Below the pieces are notes generated by a model. It made no database searches, had not been told where the DNA came from, and worked only from the letters and a program-made list of their open reading frames with translations. DNA of 64,000 nucleotides, from assembly GCA_003569365.1 (NCBI GenBank), contig BGOS01000003.1, positions 64,315 through 128,314 on the forward strand. Direction: 5' to 3'. Made by a program: the position numbers and the translations under genes. Below, piece after piece: positions 1-9,355 of the stretch; position 1 is the first letter of the stretch; every line of letters starts with the position of its first letter. The DNA comes from Anaerolineaceae bacterium (GTDB lineage Bacteria; Chloroflexota; Anaerolineae; Anaerolineales; UBA11657).

Positions 1-251
1 AATACTTCGCTATGGGCAAAGTTGATCATGCGCAGCACGCCGTACACCAGCGTGTAACCCAGCGCAATCAGCGCATAAATGCTGCCTTGCGCGAGGCCAA
101 AGATAAAAAGATCCTGCCATTGAGCAAGTGTGTATTTGCCGGACGACAATGTTGCAGCTGAACCAGCAACGATTACGCCCGCCAGCCCCAAGCCCACGGC
201 AAACATGACAACGTCTGTGATCGTCAAACGCCCCAACGAGTTTTTGCGCAT
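1..251 (-). CDS. branched-chain amino acid ABC transporter permease (LivH family), N-terminal part; gene continues past window start
   Basis: Hand translation of the minus strand from ATG 251..249 gives [28 protein letters not shown]...[33 protein letters not shown], the typical LivH N-terminus. It lies directly downstream of two Leu/Ile/Val-type binding-protein genes. Confidence 0.8.
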   Translation of the reverse strand, partial: MRKNSLGRLTITDVVMFAVGLGLAGVIVAGSAATLSSGKYTLAQWQDLFIFGLAQGSIYALIALGYTLVYGVLRMINFAHSEV

Positions 252-275
252 GAGCAACTATACCTTGAAATAATA

Positions 276-307
276 GAACAGGGGCAAGCTTGCGCCGGCC
301 CCTGTTC
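276..307 (-). terminator. intergenic stem-loop between binding-protein gene and permease gene (attenuating terminator candidate)
   Basis: GAACAGGGGC (276-285) pairs perfectly with GCCCCTGTTC (298-307). It sits 44 nt after the stop at 351 and is followed on the minus strand by a U-rich stretch. Confidence 0.5.
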
Positions 308-350
308 TATTGTTTGAGTTCGTACTAAGTTTCCGAAGTACTTGGGCAAA

Positions 351-1595
351 CTACTGCGAAATTTTCTTTGGGTTGGTGTCCGTGGCTCCGGTCGGGTTCC
401 AGCTGGCCGGGTCCGCATTCACAATCTCATAGACTGCAATCTTCGTGTCACTGCAATCACCGGTTGCCGAGCACGACAGATTACCGGTAATGCCCTTGAA
501 GTCTTTGGTTGCAAACATGGCGTCGCGCAGCGCTTGGCGGCCAAAGTGCAGCGTGCCATCGGCATCCGCCACTACAACCTTCTCAAGCGCGGCGAAAATG
601 ATGTTTGCTCCGTCGTAGCCGTGGGCGTGGAAAGCGGAGAGTGGAGCTTCACCGTACTTCTTCTGGTGCTTGTCCAAGAAGTCTTTGTAACCGCCGGCAA
701 ACGCCGAGAAATCCGGGCTGGAGTTCCAAACGCCCTTGGCAGCTTCGCCCGCCGCCTTCAAGTAATCAACCGAGTACATCGGGTCGGCGCCCATCAACTG
801 TACAGTTTCGAGGCCCGGCACTTCTTTGGCTTGCGAAGTGATGAATGCCGCGGCTGAAGTGAAGCACGGGTAGTAAATCAGCTCGGGTTTGCCCGCAGAG
901 ATATTCGTGAGCACGGGGCGCATATCAGTGTCGTTGGGCTGGACTGCTTCACCGGCGACAATTTCTCCGCCCAGTTCCACGAATTTTTTCGCGAACACTT
1001 CTGCAAGGCTCTGGGAGTAGATGCTGCCATCGTGAATAGTGGCTGCCTTCTTGATGCCTTTTGTGGTGTAGGCAAAGGCAGCTGCAACCGCACCCTGAAG
1101 TTCGTCGTTGTGCGCAGTGCGCATGTAGCCGTCCACGTGCTTTTCAGGTTTGGTTAAATCCGGGGCAGTGTTGGACGGGGAGATCATCGTGAGTCCGGCA
1201 TCGCGCAGAATTGGCGCGGCAACACGGGCTTCTGAAGAACAAGAGGTGCCAATTACGGCCACAATTGTTTTGTCGGCTGCCAGTTTCTGGGCAGCGGCCT
1301 GGCCGCCTTCCGCGTTGCAACCAGTGTCCTCGCCGGTCAACTCAATTGTGTGGCCGCGGAACTTGCCCTTGTCATCAATGGCAATTTCAACGCCGCGTTT
1401 GGAATCGGTGCCGAGCACGGCATCCGGTCCGGCAACCACCAGCGCGTAGGCAATATGCACAGACGCAGCGGGCGCAATTGTTACGCAGCCGATCTTGTCC
1501 GTGCACTCGTATGGCTTGGCGGCCGGCGCGCATGCAGCCAGCAGTGCCCCAAAGCACCCCAATACTAACAATCCTGGCAACCTTCGTTCGATCAT
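351..1595 (-). CDS. periplasmic/lipoprotein branched-chain amino acid-type ABC substrate-binding protein (Peripla_BP_6 / LivK-like), paralog 1
   Basis: 414-aa ORF with a lipobox-like signal (LLAACAP) and typical Liv-type SBP body (TGCNAEGGQAAAQKL, GTSCSSEA, MRTAHND). AGGAGG RBS upstream. Confidence 0.9.
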   Translation of the reverse strand: MIERRLPGLLVLGCFGALLAACAPAAKPYECTDKIGCVTIAPAASVHIAYALVVAGPDAVLGTDSKRGVEIAIDDKGKFRGHTIELTGEDTGCNAEGGQAAAQKLAADKTIVAVIGTSCSSEARVAAPILRDAGLTMISPSNTAPDLTKPEKHVDGYMRTAHNDELQGAVAAAFAYTTKGIKKAATIHDGSIYSQSLAEVFAKKFVELGGEIVAGEAVQPNDTDMRPVLTNISAGKPELIYYPCFTSAAAFITSQAKEVPGLETVQLMGADPMYSVDYLKAAGEAAKGVWNSSPDFSAFAGGYKDFLDKHQKKYGEAPLSAFHAHGYDGANIIFAALEKVVVADADGTLHFGRQALRDAMFATKDFKGITGNLSCSATGDCSDTKIAVYEIVNADPASWNPTGATDTNPKKISQ

Positions 1596-1642
1596 ATTCT
1601 TCCTCCTAATAGTAAATGAACTAATTGCTCATTTCCGCGCGA

Positions 1643-1671
1643 AGTCTACCTGCGGGATTTCTGAGTGTCAA
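1643..1671 (-). promoter_or_regulatory. sigma70-type promoter for binding-protein paralog 1
   Basis: Minus strand reads TTGACA-17 nt-TAGACT, about 47 nt upstream of the ATG at 1595. Confidence 0.5.
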
Positions 1672-1876
1672 GCGGGATGAATTGGGTGCAATGTGGGCTG
1701 ACTGCGTCGATTAGCGTAATCTGAGCCAGCGCTGCTGTCTTCGAGAGGCCGGAATGTGGTGCCAATCCTGATGCTAAATTGAACAGATGTGGGATTGGGA
1801 GCGGGCAGGCAAGTTGCGAGTGAAACTGCGGCCGGATCATAGGCCACACGATTACCCCAATACTTCAGCAGGAAAC

Positions 1877-1910
1877 AAAACAGGGGCTGGCCAATGCCAA
1901 CCCCTGTTTT
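1877..1910 (-). terminator. stem-loop terminator after binding-protein paralog 2
   Basis: AAAACAGGGG (1877-1886) pairs with CCCCTGTTTT (1901-1910), and the loop has an inner TGGC/GCCA pairing. It lies 42 nt after the stop at 1952. Confidence 0.6.
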
Positions 1911-1951
1911 GTTAAGTCTTTGGCTGGCAGCAGCCCAAAGACAATATCAGA

Positions 1952-3196
1952 CTACGGGTAAATTTTCTTCGGGTTGGAGTCCGCCGCAGCACCGGGATTC
2001 CAGCTTGCAGGATCCGTGCTCATCATTTCGTAGACTGCAATCTTGGGATCGCTGCAGTCACCGGTGGGTGTGCAGGTGAGGGTTCCCGTGATGCCTTGGA
2101 AGCCCTTTGTGGCAAACATTGCGTCACGCAAAGCCTGACGCCCGATGTGCAGGGTCCCGTCCGCATCCTTCACGCCCACCTTTTCCATGGCCGCAAAAAT
2201 GATGCTGGCGGCGTCGTAGCCGTGGGCATGAAAAGCAGAGAGCGGTTTCTCGCCGTACTTCTTCTGGTGCTTGTCCAAAAAGGCGGCATAGCCTGATGCG
2301 AAGGCCGAGAAATCCGGGCTGGAGTGGTACATGCCCATCGCAGCAGCGCCCGCTGCTTTCAGGAAGTCGGGCGAGAAAATACCATCGGCCCCCATCAGCT
2401 TGACGGTCTCGAGGCCCGGCACTTCTTTGGATTGTGAGGTCACAAATCCACCGGCCGCTGTGAAGATTGGTAAATAGATCAGCTCGGGTTTCGCGGCAGC
2501 GATGTTAGTGAGCACCGGGCGCATATCAGTATCGGTCGGCCCCACGGCTTCTTGGGCAACGATTTCACCGCCCAATTCCACAAAGCGTTTGGCGAATACT
2601 GCTTGCAGGCTCTGGGCGTACAAGCTGCCATCATGAATGGTGGCTGCGCGCTTTATGCCTTTGCCATTGTAGGCAAACTCAGCCGCTACTGCACCCTGAA
2701 TTTCGTCATTGTGAGCGGTGCGCATGTAGCCCGCCACGTGCTTGGCTGCGGAGGTGAGATCTGGTGCGGTGTTGGAGGCCGAAATAAGCGTCATACCCGC
2801 GTCCGTCAAGATCGGGGCAGCTACGCGCGCTTCGCTCGAGCAGGACGTGCCAACGACTGCGACGATCGTTTTGTCTGCAGCCAGTTTCTGGGCTGCCGCC
2901 TGGCCGCCTTCCGGATTGCAGCCAGTGTCTTCGCCGGTCAACTCAATCGGATGGTCGAACAACATTTTCTTGTCATCAATGGCAATTTCGACACCGCGCA
3001 TTGAATCGATGCCCAGCGTGGCATCGGGCCCGACCACCACCATTGCATAGGCAATATGCACTGGCTTGCCCGGCGCAATGTCCACACAGCCGATCTTGTC
3101 CGCGCATACAAACGGGGCTGCGGCCGGTGTGCACGCGGCAAGCAGTACTCCCAAACTTCCCATACCAATCAGTAACGAAAACCTTAGCTTGAACAT
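1952..3196 (-). CDS. branched-chain amino acid-type ABC substrate-binding lipoprotein, paralog 2
   Basis: 414-aa ORF, gap-free colinear with the 351..1595 product (roughly three quarters identical by eye). Lipobox LLAACTP. Confidence 0.9.
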   Translation of the reverse strand: MFKLRFSLLIGMGSLGVLLAACTPAAAPFVCADKIGCVDIAPGKPVHIAYAMVVVGPDATLGIDSMRGVEIAIDDKKMLFDHPIELTGEDTGCNPEGGQAAAQKLAADKTIVAVVGTSCSSEARVAAPILTDAGMTLISASNTAPDLTSAAKHVAGYMRTAHNDEIQGAVAAEFAYNGKGIKRAATIHDGSLYAQSLQAVFAKRFVELGGEIVAQEAVGPTDTDMRPVLTNIAAAKPELIYLPIFTAAGGFVTSQSKEVPGLETVKLMGADGIFSPDFLKAAGAAAMGMYHSSPDFSAFASGYAAFLDKHQKKYGEKPLSAFHAHGYDAASIIFAAMEKVGVKDADGTLHIGRQALRDAMFATKGFQGITGTLTCTPTGDCSDPKIAVYEMMSTDPASWNPGAAADSNPKKIYP

Positions 3197-3246
3197 TTCT
3201 AATCCTCCTAGGACATATATGAAAGGTCTTCCTTTCTTAGTGCAAT

Positions 3247-3276
3247 ACTATACAGACAGCACCGCGTTCTTGTCAA
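3247..3276 (-). promoter_or_regulatory. sigma70-type promoter for binding-protein paralog 2
   Basis: Minus strand reads TTGACA-18 nt-TATAGT, with a 50-nt leader ending in an AGGAGG RBS before the ATG at 3196. Confidence 0.55.
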
Positions 3277-3497
3277 ACATGGGTTTGGCTTGTTTTGCCA
3301 CAATTCGGGAATAGATGCCTGACAGACGCGGCGCGTCAGAGTAGTGGGATGTAATAAGCGGCCTCGAATCCGAGTGTGAATTCTCATGGTTTTGTCGAAG
3401 AGCCGCATGCGCGATATTTCCAGCTTAGGAAGTTCCACACAAGACCGCGATTATTTGGTCTGGTTTGTAGCGCCACTGGCACATGTTATAAAATGAA

Positions 3498-3526
3498 TTG
3501 ACAGCAAGCAGCTGATGGAGTAATGT
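3498..3526 (+). promoter_or_regulatory. sigma70-type promoter for the plus-strand catabolic operon
   Basis: TTGACA (3498-3503), a 17-nt spacer, then TAATGT (3521-3526), 38 nt upstream of the ATG at 3564. Confidence 0.55.
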
Positions 3527-3563
3527 AAGACCATGAAATACAAATTACACGGCGGAAAAATTT

Positions 3564-4436
3564 ATGGTGTTTAGTGGAATCTTTGCCCCGATTGTCACGC
3601 CTTTTGGCGCCGACGGAGAAATCAACTATCCAGTGCTGGGCAAGCTGGTTGATTTCCTGATTGAAAACGGGATTGCAGGCCTGGTGCCGGGTGGGACAAC
3701 TGGCGAGGTCTATGCCTTCAGCGATGCTGAGCGACTTGAGGTTTTTCGATTTGTGAAGGCGCATGTAAAGGGGCGTGTGCCGCTGATGGCCGGCACCAAC
3801 TCTGGCGCAACCCGCGATGTAATCCGCTACTCGCAGGCGGCTGAGAAGCTGGGCTATGACAGCCTGATGGTAGCAGTGCCGCCTTATTCGCGGCCCAACC
3901 AGCGCGAACTGCTGGCGCATTATTTGGATGTGGCGCGCAGTGTTGCGCTTCCAATTGTGCTTTACAACTTTCCGTGGCGGGCGGGGACTGAGGTGGGTTA
4001 TGAGGTCATGGATGGCTTGCTTGACCAGAAGAATGTGATGGGCATCAAGGAAGCCTCGGGAGACATGGCGCGCGTCTACGAATTTCGCATGCGCTATGGC
4101 AGCCGCTACCAGATGATCTGCGGTTCCGACGACCAGGCGTTGGACTACTTTTTGTGGGGCAGTACGTGTTGGATTGGCGGTGGCGCATCTTGCGCGCCGC
4201 GCCAGCACGCGGCCGTGCTGCAGGCGGCACTGGCCAATGATTTTGTGGCGGCGCGCAGTGCCATGGACAAGCTTATGCCGCTGATGCGCTGCCTCGAGGG
4301 TGGCAGCTATGCGCAAAAAGTTAAGCGCGGATGCGAGTTGCTTGGCATTCCAGTGGGCAGCCCGCGCCAGCCGCTGCTGCCACTAACGGATACAGAACGC
4401 GTGGAGTTCGACAAAATTTTTCTGGCTTGCAAATGA
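3564..4436 (+). CDS. dihydrodipicolinate synthase / N-acetylneuraminate lyase family class I aldolase-type lyase (candidate pyrroline-4-hydroxy-2-carboxylate deaminase-like)
   Basis: 290 aa. Carries GGTTGE, a YNFP tyrosine motif and the Schiff-base lysine context GIKEASGD. The specific substrate is inferred only from neighbours. Confidence 0.85.
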   Translation: MVFSGIFAPIVTPFGADGEINYPVLGKLVDFLIENGIAGLVPGGTTGEVYAFSDAERLEVFRFVKAHVKGRVPLMAGTNSGATRDVIRYSQAAEKLGYDSLMVAVPPYSRPNQRELLAHYLDVARSVALPIVLYNFPWRAGTEVGYEVMDGLLDQKNVMGIKEASGDMARVYEFRMRYGSRYQMICGSDDQALDYFLWGSTCWIGGGASCAPRQHAAVLQAALANDFVAARSAMDKLMPLMRCLEGGSYAQKVKRGCELLGIPVGSPRQPLLPLTDTERVEFDKIFLACK

Positions 4437-4475
4437 GCGCGTGGAAGAAAATATTACAGGTGGGGCAATAACACA

Positions 4476-5579
4476 GTGAAAATCAAGCGTATTCGGGCGT
4501 ATCAAGTGGATTTGCCGTTGCATGAGGGCTCGTACAAGTGGTCGGGCGGCAAGTCGGTCACTACTTTTGATTCGACTGTGGTCGAGATTGAAACAGACGC
4601 GGGGATTACCGGTTACGGAGAGGTGTGCCCGCTTGGCCCATTTTATTTGCCGGCGTACGGCAATGGCGTGCGGGCTGGAATAATTGAGCTAGGGCAGCAT
4701 TTGCTGGGCGAAGACCCACGGCAATTGCAAAAACTCAACCGTTTGATGGACGCGGCCCTGAAAGGCCATGCGTATGTCAAATCGGGAATCGACATGGCGT
4801 GTTGGGACATTTTGGGCAAGGCCACAAAATTGCCGGTGGCCGAGCTGATGGGCGGTAGGTATGGCAGTGATGTGTGTCTTTACCGCGCAATCTCGCAGGA
4901 GGCGCCAGAGGCGATGGCGCAGCGGGTTGCCGGCTATCGCGCGGAAGGGTACAAGCGCTTTCAACTAAAGGTGGGCGGCGACCCGGCGGTGGACATTGCG
5001 CGAATCTTTGCGGTTGCGGAACAATTGCAGCCGGGGGACCGGCTGGTGGCTGATGCCAACACGGGCTGGCTGATGCACGATGCCATGCGCGTCGTGAAGG
5101 CCGTGCGCGATCTGGATGTTTACATCGAGCAGCCCTGCCTTTCTTACGAGGAATGCCTTTCAATTCGCAAGCACACTGACCATCCATTTATTTTGGACGA
5201 GGCAATTGATACCATTGACTGCCTGCTGCGCGCGCATGCAGACCAAGCCATGGATGTTGTAAATCTTAAGATAAGCAAATTTGGCGGCCTGACCAAACTA
5301 AAGCAGGCGCGCGACCTGTGTGTGTCGCTTGGCATTGCAATGACGCTGGAAGACAGCTGGGGCGGCGACATCATCACTGCGGCAATTGCACATCTGGCGC
5401 AAAGCACGCCGCCTGAATTGCAGTTCTCGTCGACCGATTTCAACAGCTATGTTTCCGTAAGCATTGCGGAGGGTGCGCCGAAGCGCATCAATGGAAGAAT
5501 GTCCGCGAGCAGCGCTCCCGGGCTGGGCGTTCAGCCAAGAATGGATGTGCTGGGAAAGCCGGTTCTCGACTTGCATTGA
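4476..5579 (+). CDS. enolase-superfamily enzyme, mandelate racemase/muconate lactonizing subgroup (hydroxyproline(-betaine) epimerase / cis-3-hydroxyproline dehydratase-like)
   Basis: 367 aa. Has the KxK-type motif FQLKVGG, metal-ligand contexts ADAN, IEQP and LDE, and a second-base lysine in NLKISKFGG. Confidence 0.8.
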   Translation: MKIKRIRAYQVDLPLHEGSYKWSGGKSVTTFDSTVVEIETDAGITGYGEVCPLGPFYLPAYGNGVRAGIIELGQHLLGEDPRQLQKLNRLMDAALKGHAYVKSGIDMACWDILGKATKLPVAELMGGRYGSDVCLYRAISQEAPEAMAQRVAGYRAEGYKRFQLKVGGDPAVDIARIFAVAEQLQPGDRLVADANTGWLMHDAMRVVKAVRDLDVYIEQPCLSYEECLSIRKHTDHPFILDEAIDTIDCLLRAHADQAMDVVNLKISKFGGLTKLKQARDLCVSLGIAMTLEDSWGGDIITAAIAHLAQSTPPELQFSSTDFNSYVSVSIAEGAPKRINGRMSASSAPGLGVQPRMDVLGKPVLDLH

Positions 5580-5656
5580 GGTTGGCTGTTGTTGGGGCCA
5601 CTTCCCAGGCACGGCGGTAAGTTTTCGAACTGGCTTCAGGCGCACCTAATTATTGA

Positions 5657-6697
5657 ATGATGCACGCTCCGATGCGCCTGTCGCTTGATGCGGCGCACGC
5701 GCTTGCGCTGCAGGCGCTGCTGGCCAGCGGTGTTTCGGCTGCGCAGGCAGCCGCAATTGCAGGCAATGTTACGGCAGCAGAACGCGATGGCTGCCCATCG
5801 CATGGATTGTTTCGGCTGCCCGGGTATATCCGGTCTGTTCAGAATTTGAAGGTGACTCGCGATGCTGTGCCACAAGTAACCGATCTGGCACCCGCCGTTG
5901 TGCAAGTGGACGGCAACAATGGTTTTGCGCCGTTAGCTTTGGAGATGGGCCACAGCCGGCTTGTGGGTAAAGCGCGGCACTGTGGGATTGCGGCCATGGC
6001 CGTGACCCGGATTTTTCATTTTGGAGTGTTGTGGGTTGAGGTGGAGCAGCTGGCGCAAGAAGGCCTGGTGGCGTTTGCATTTACGCAAAGCAGCAGTGCG
6101 GTGGCACCCGCCGGTGCAACCAAGCCATTGTTCGGCACCAACCCGATGGCGTTTGCATGGCCGCGCGTGGGCCGCCCGCCTTTGGTGTTTGACCAGGCCT
6201 CGAGCGTCACTGCGCGCGGGGAACTACTGTTGAAGTTACGGGATGGCTCGTCAATTCCGCAAGGGTGGGCGGTTGATAGCAGCGGGGCAGCGACGACTGA
6301 TGCGGCGGCAGCCCTGGCGGGGGCGCAGTTGCCGTTTGGCGGTTACAAGGGATCTTCGATTGCATTGATGGTCGAGCTGCTTGCCGGTGCCTTGATCGGC
6401 GAGGCGTTTGGCTTTGAGGCAGCTGCTGCGGACAACAATGATGGCGGGCCGACGCTGGGCGGTGAATTGATCATTGCGATTGATCCCGCACATTTTTCCC
6501 CGCATGGCAACAGCGAAGCGCAACTGGCGCATGCCGAGCTGCTCTTCGCGCGCATCCTTGATCTGGAAGGGGCGCGCTTGCCCTCTGACCGGCGTTATGC
6601 TGCGCGGCAGCGCAGCGCGGTGGATGGGATTGTGATTCCGGGTGCGCTGCAGGCTGAACTGAGCGCGATGGCAAGTTCCGGCGCGCGGGCAGAGTAA
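5657..6697 (+). CDS. Ldh2-family (malate/L-lactate dehydrogenase type 2) oxidoreductase, ketimine (pyrroline-/piperideine-2-carboxylate) reductase-like
   Basis: 346 aa. Family-typical segments include CPSHGLFRLPGYI, FGTNPMAFAWP and GYKGSSIALMVELLAG. Confidence 0.8.
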   Translation: MMHAPMRLSLDAAHALALQALLASGVSAAQAAAIAGNVTAAERDGCPSHGLFRLPGYIRSVQNLKVTRDAVPQVTDLAPAVVQVDGNNGFAPLALEMGHSRLVGKARHCGIAAMAVTRIFHFGVLWVEVEQLAQEGLVAFAFTQSSSAVAPAGATKPLFGTNPMAFAWPRVGRPPLVFDQASSVTARGELLLKLRDGSSIPQGWAVDSSGAATTDAAAALAGAQLPFGGYKGSSIALMVELLAGALIGEAFGFEAAAADNNDGGPTLGGELIIAIDPAHFSPHGNSEAQLAHAELLFARILDLEGARLPSDRRYAARQRSAVDGIVIPGALQAELSAMASSGARAE

Positions 6698-6750
6698 AGC
6701 GGTCGTTATACATTGGGCAGTTGCTAGCGCTTCAGTAAGTAAAATTACAA

Positions 6751-8982
6751 GTGCACACTATGAATATTTTGCAATCTGATAAATCAATGCGCATCATTGT
6801 TGATGGCACGCCAGTTGAGTTTGCTGCCGGCGACAACGTGCTGGGCGCCATGTTGCGGGCTGGACTGCGCCCGACAAGCGGCGGTTGCCTGTGTCTTGGC
6901 GGCGATTGCCCGCATTGCCTGGCTACGGTGGATGGGATTGCCTATGTGCGCACATGCCAGACCGCAGCCCGCCCGGGGCTGATTGTGCAGAGTTTCCCGG
7001 ATGACGGCTATCCGCCGCTGCCGGCTGGCTCCACGCGTGAGCCGGCGGTGACCGCGCGCAATATTCATTGCGATGTGGTGGTGATTGGGCAGGGCGCGGC
7101 CGGGCGCGCTGCGGCTGCGGCTGCCCGCCAAGCGGGCAAACAAGTTGTCACGCTGGATGCTAGTGCCGGTGAGGAGGTGATTGGCATTTATGCGGGTCCA
7201 CTGGTCGTCGCGCGCACTGCCGCCGGCATGCTCCACGCTCACCCGCGGGTCGAAATAATTGTGGCCACAGGTGCAGCTGAGATTCAACCGGTGGCGCCCG
7301 GCAACGACTTGGCCGGAATACTGACTGCGCGCGCGGCGGAGGCGTTGGTGGCTGCCGGTGTCGACCTCGGCCGGGTTGTGGCGGTTGGTACTCCGCCGGC
7401 TGGCATAAAGGTTGAGCAGGCCGAGGGCGAGCTTTTGCGGTTTGAGGGCACGCTGCGCGTTGCGGGCGTGGTGATGCGCGATCGCAACGGCAGCGAGCGG
7501 CGCTATGCGTGTGACACTGCGGTGGTGGGGCTGGGCATGCAGCCGCGGGATGCGCTGCTGCGCATGGGTCAGGGTCTCGCGGTGCGGGCGGTGGGTGATG
7601 CTGCCCGTGCGTCAGACATGCCGCCGTGTCCGTTGGCGGGCACGGTGTGTGCGTGTTCGGGTGTGACGGTGGCTGATTTAGAGTCCGCGTGGCAGCGCGG
7701 GTTTCATGAGCTGGAGCTTGTAAAGCGTTCTACTTTGGCGGGCACGGGCACGTGCCAGGGCATGGCTTGCATGCCGCATGTGCGCAGCTTCCTGGCGGCG
7801 CGCGGTGGCAGTTTGCAGCCGCCTTTTACTGCGCGGCCGGTGACGCGCCAATTGACGATGGGCGAAGCATCTGCTGGATCGCATCATCAGGCCGTGCCGC
7901 GCACCGCGCTTGACGGCGAGCACCGGCGGCTGGGCGCCCAGATGGATCGCATCGGGGGCTGGTGGCGGCCGTGGCACTACGGCAATCCGCTGCGGGAGTA
8001 CTGGGCCGTGCGCGAAGCTGTTTCGATTGGCGATGTAAGCACGCTCGGAAAGATGCAGGTGTCCGGGCCGGACGCGCTTGAGTTGTTGGAGCGCCTGTAT
8101 CCAACGCGTGTGAAGTCGATTGCACCCGGCACCGCGCGTTATGTTTTGATGCTCAATGACCGTGGCTATATTTTTGACGATGGACTGATTTGCTGCGATG
8201 GCGCAAACCGCTACTCGCTTACCTTTACCAGTGGCGGTGCGTCTTTTGCGGAGCTGTGGGTGCGTGACTGGGCCGAAAGCTGGAAGCTGGATGTGCGCAT
8301 CCTAAACCAGACAATGGCGCTTGGTGCCATCAACGTCACCGGGCCGCTGGCCAAGGAATTGCTTGCGCGCGCCGGCCTGCCCAACGCGCCAAAATATATG
8401 CAGCTGGCAAGCGCGCTGGTTGCGGGCGTGCAGTGCCGGGTGCATCGCTTAAGTTTTACGGGCGAGCTTTCCTACGAACTGCATCATCCCGCCGAGCATT
8501 CTGTAGTGCTGTGGCGGCAGCTGCTGGAACTGGGCAAAGATCTGGGCATCAAGCCGCATGGCTTGCAGACGCTGCTGCAACTGCGGCTTGAGAAGGGGCA
8601 CATCATTGTCGGGCAGGATTCAGATTTTGATTCGACGGCGCGGCGCGTGGATATGGAGTGGGCGGTTAAATTGGACAAGCCGGAGTTTGTGGGAAGGCAG
8701 GCAGTGGTGCGCACCAACAAGGTTTCGCTTGATCGCCAGCTAACCGGCTTTGAGATGGAAGGTGTGGCGCCGATTGAGGGCTCAAGCATTCATTTTGGCT
8801 CTGAGTACGCGGGTTACGTTACATCTAGTTTTACTTCGCCGGTGTTGGGCAAGGCGGTCATGCTTGGCTGGCTGCGGTTGTTTGATGGCAAACTGCCGGA
8901 TGCTGTTTTGATCGATGGACGCAGCGCGCAGCGTGTGCCCGTGCCTTTTTATGACAAGGCTGGCGGCCGGGCCCGTGTTTGA
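6751..8982 (+). CDS. soxA: sarcosine-oxidase alpha-subunit-family protein, short form with N-terminal Cys cluster and BFD-like Cys cluster
   Basis: 743 aa. N-terminus has GGCLCLGGDCPHCLATVDG...RTC, followed by Rossmann DVVVIGQGAAG and a second cluster CACSGVTVADL...GTGTCQGMAC. The C-terminal half resembles the aminomethyltransferase (GcvT) fold (GKMQVSGPDA, FTGELSYELH). Confidence 0.85.
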   Translation: MHTMNILQSDKSMRIIVDGTPVEFAAGDNVLGAMLRAGLRPTSGGCLCLGGDCPHCLATVDGIAYVRTCQTAARPGLIVQSFPDDGYPPLPAGSTREPAVTARNIHCDVVVIGQGAAGRAAAAAARQAGKQVVTLDASAGEEVIGIYAGPLVVARTAAGMLHAHPRVEIIVATGAAEIQPVAPGNDLAGILTARAAEALVAAGVDLGRVVAVGTPPAGIKVEQAEGELLRFEGTLRVAGVVMRDRNGSERRYACDTAVVGLGMQPRDALLRMGQGLAVRAVGDAARASDMPPCPLAGTVCACSGVTVADLESAWQRGFHELELVKRSTLAGTGTCQGMACMPHVRSFLAARGGSLQPPFTARPVTRQLTMGEASAGSHHQAVPRTALDGEHRRLGAQMDRIGGWWRPWHYGNPLREYWAVREAVSIGDVSTLGKMQVSGPDALELLERLYPTRVKSIAPGTARYVLMLNDRGYIFDDGLICCDGANRYSLTFTSGGASFAELWVRDWAESWKLDVRILNQTMALGAINVTGPLAKELLARAGLPNAPKYMQLASALVAGVQCRVHRLSFTGELSYELHHPAEHSVVLWRQLLELGKDLGIKPHGLQTLLQLRLEKGHIIVGQDSDFDSTARRVDMEWAVKLDKPEFVGRQAVVRTNKVSLDRQLTGFEMEGVAPIEGSSIHFGSEYAGYVTSSFTSPVLGKAVMLGWLRLFDGKLPDAVLIDGRSAQRVPVPFYDKAGGRARV

Positions 8983-9355
8983 GCGCGTATTGACAACGCG
9001 CATCGTGGCCATGCCGGCTGCGCTTGACGCTGCGCGATGGCCAGCGGGCCATGTGGCGCTGCGCACCGCTGCGGATGAAGTGCTGATCACGCCGCCGCTT
9101 GCCGATGCGCGGGTGGCGGATGAACATGCAATTGTGCTGGCCGACGGCAGTTTCTTTGGCGGTTGGATTGCGCCGGCTTTGGCGCTGGCGGTGTTGGAGC
9201 GCGAGTGCGAATGGGAAGTACCGCATGCGCGGCCGGCTTTTGCACAAGGCATGGTTGCGGGCCTGCCCGTAAAACTCTGGCTTGAAAGCGAGCGTGTACT
9301 GGTGCTGGTGGCTGCGCCCTTTGCGCACGATCTTGCGGAGCGCTTTGTGGCATGA
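8951..9355 (+). CDS. soxG: sarcosine oxidase gamma-subunit-like protein (start uncertain: 8915, 8951, 8975 or 9011)
   Basis: Small ORF overlapping the alpha stop, and its own stop overlaps the beta start (ATGA at 9352-9355). Assignment rests on position and size plus weak SoxG-like sequence. Confidence 0.55.
   Translation: MTRLAAGPVFERVLTTRIVAMPAALDAARWPAGHVALRTAADEVLITPPLADARVADEHAIVLADGSFFGGWIAPALALAVLERECEWEVPHARPAFAQGMVAGLPVKLWLESERVLVLVAAPFAHDLAERFVA

Noticed and set aside
224-418. 64-aa minus-strand ORF and 171-aa plus-strand ORF (342..857) around the first binding-protein gene.
   Set aside because: They overlap the intergenic hairpin and the well-supported SBP gene, and have no independent support.
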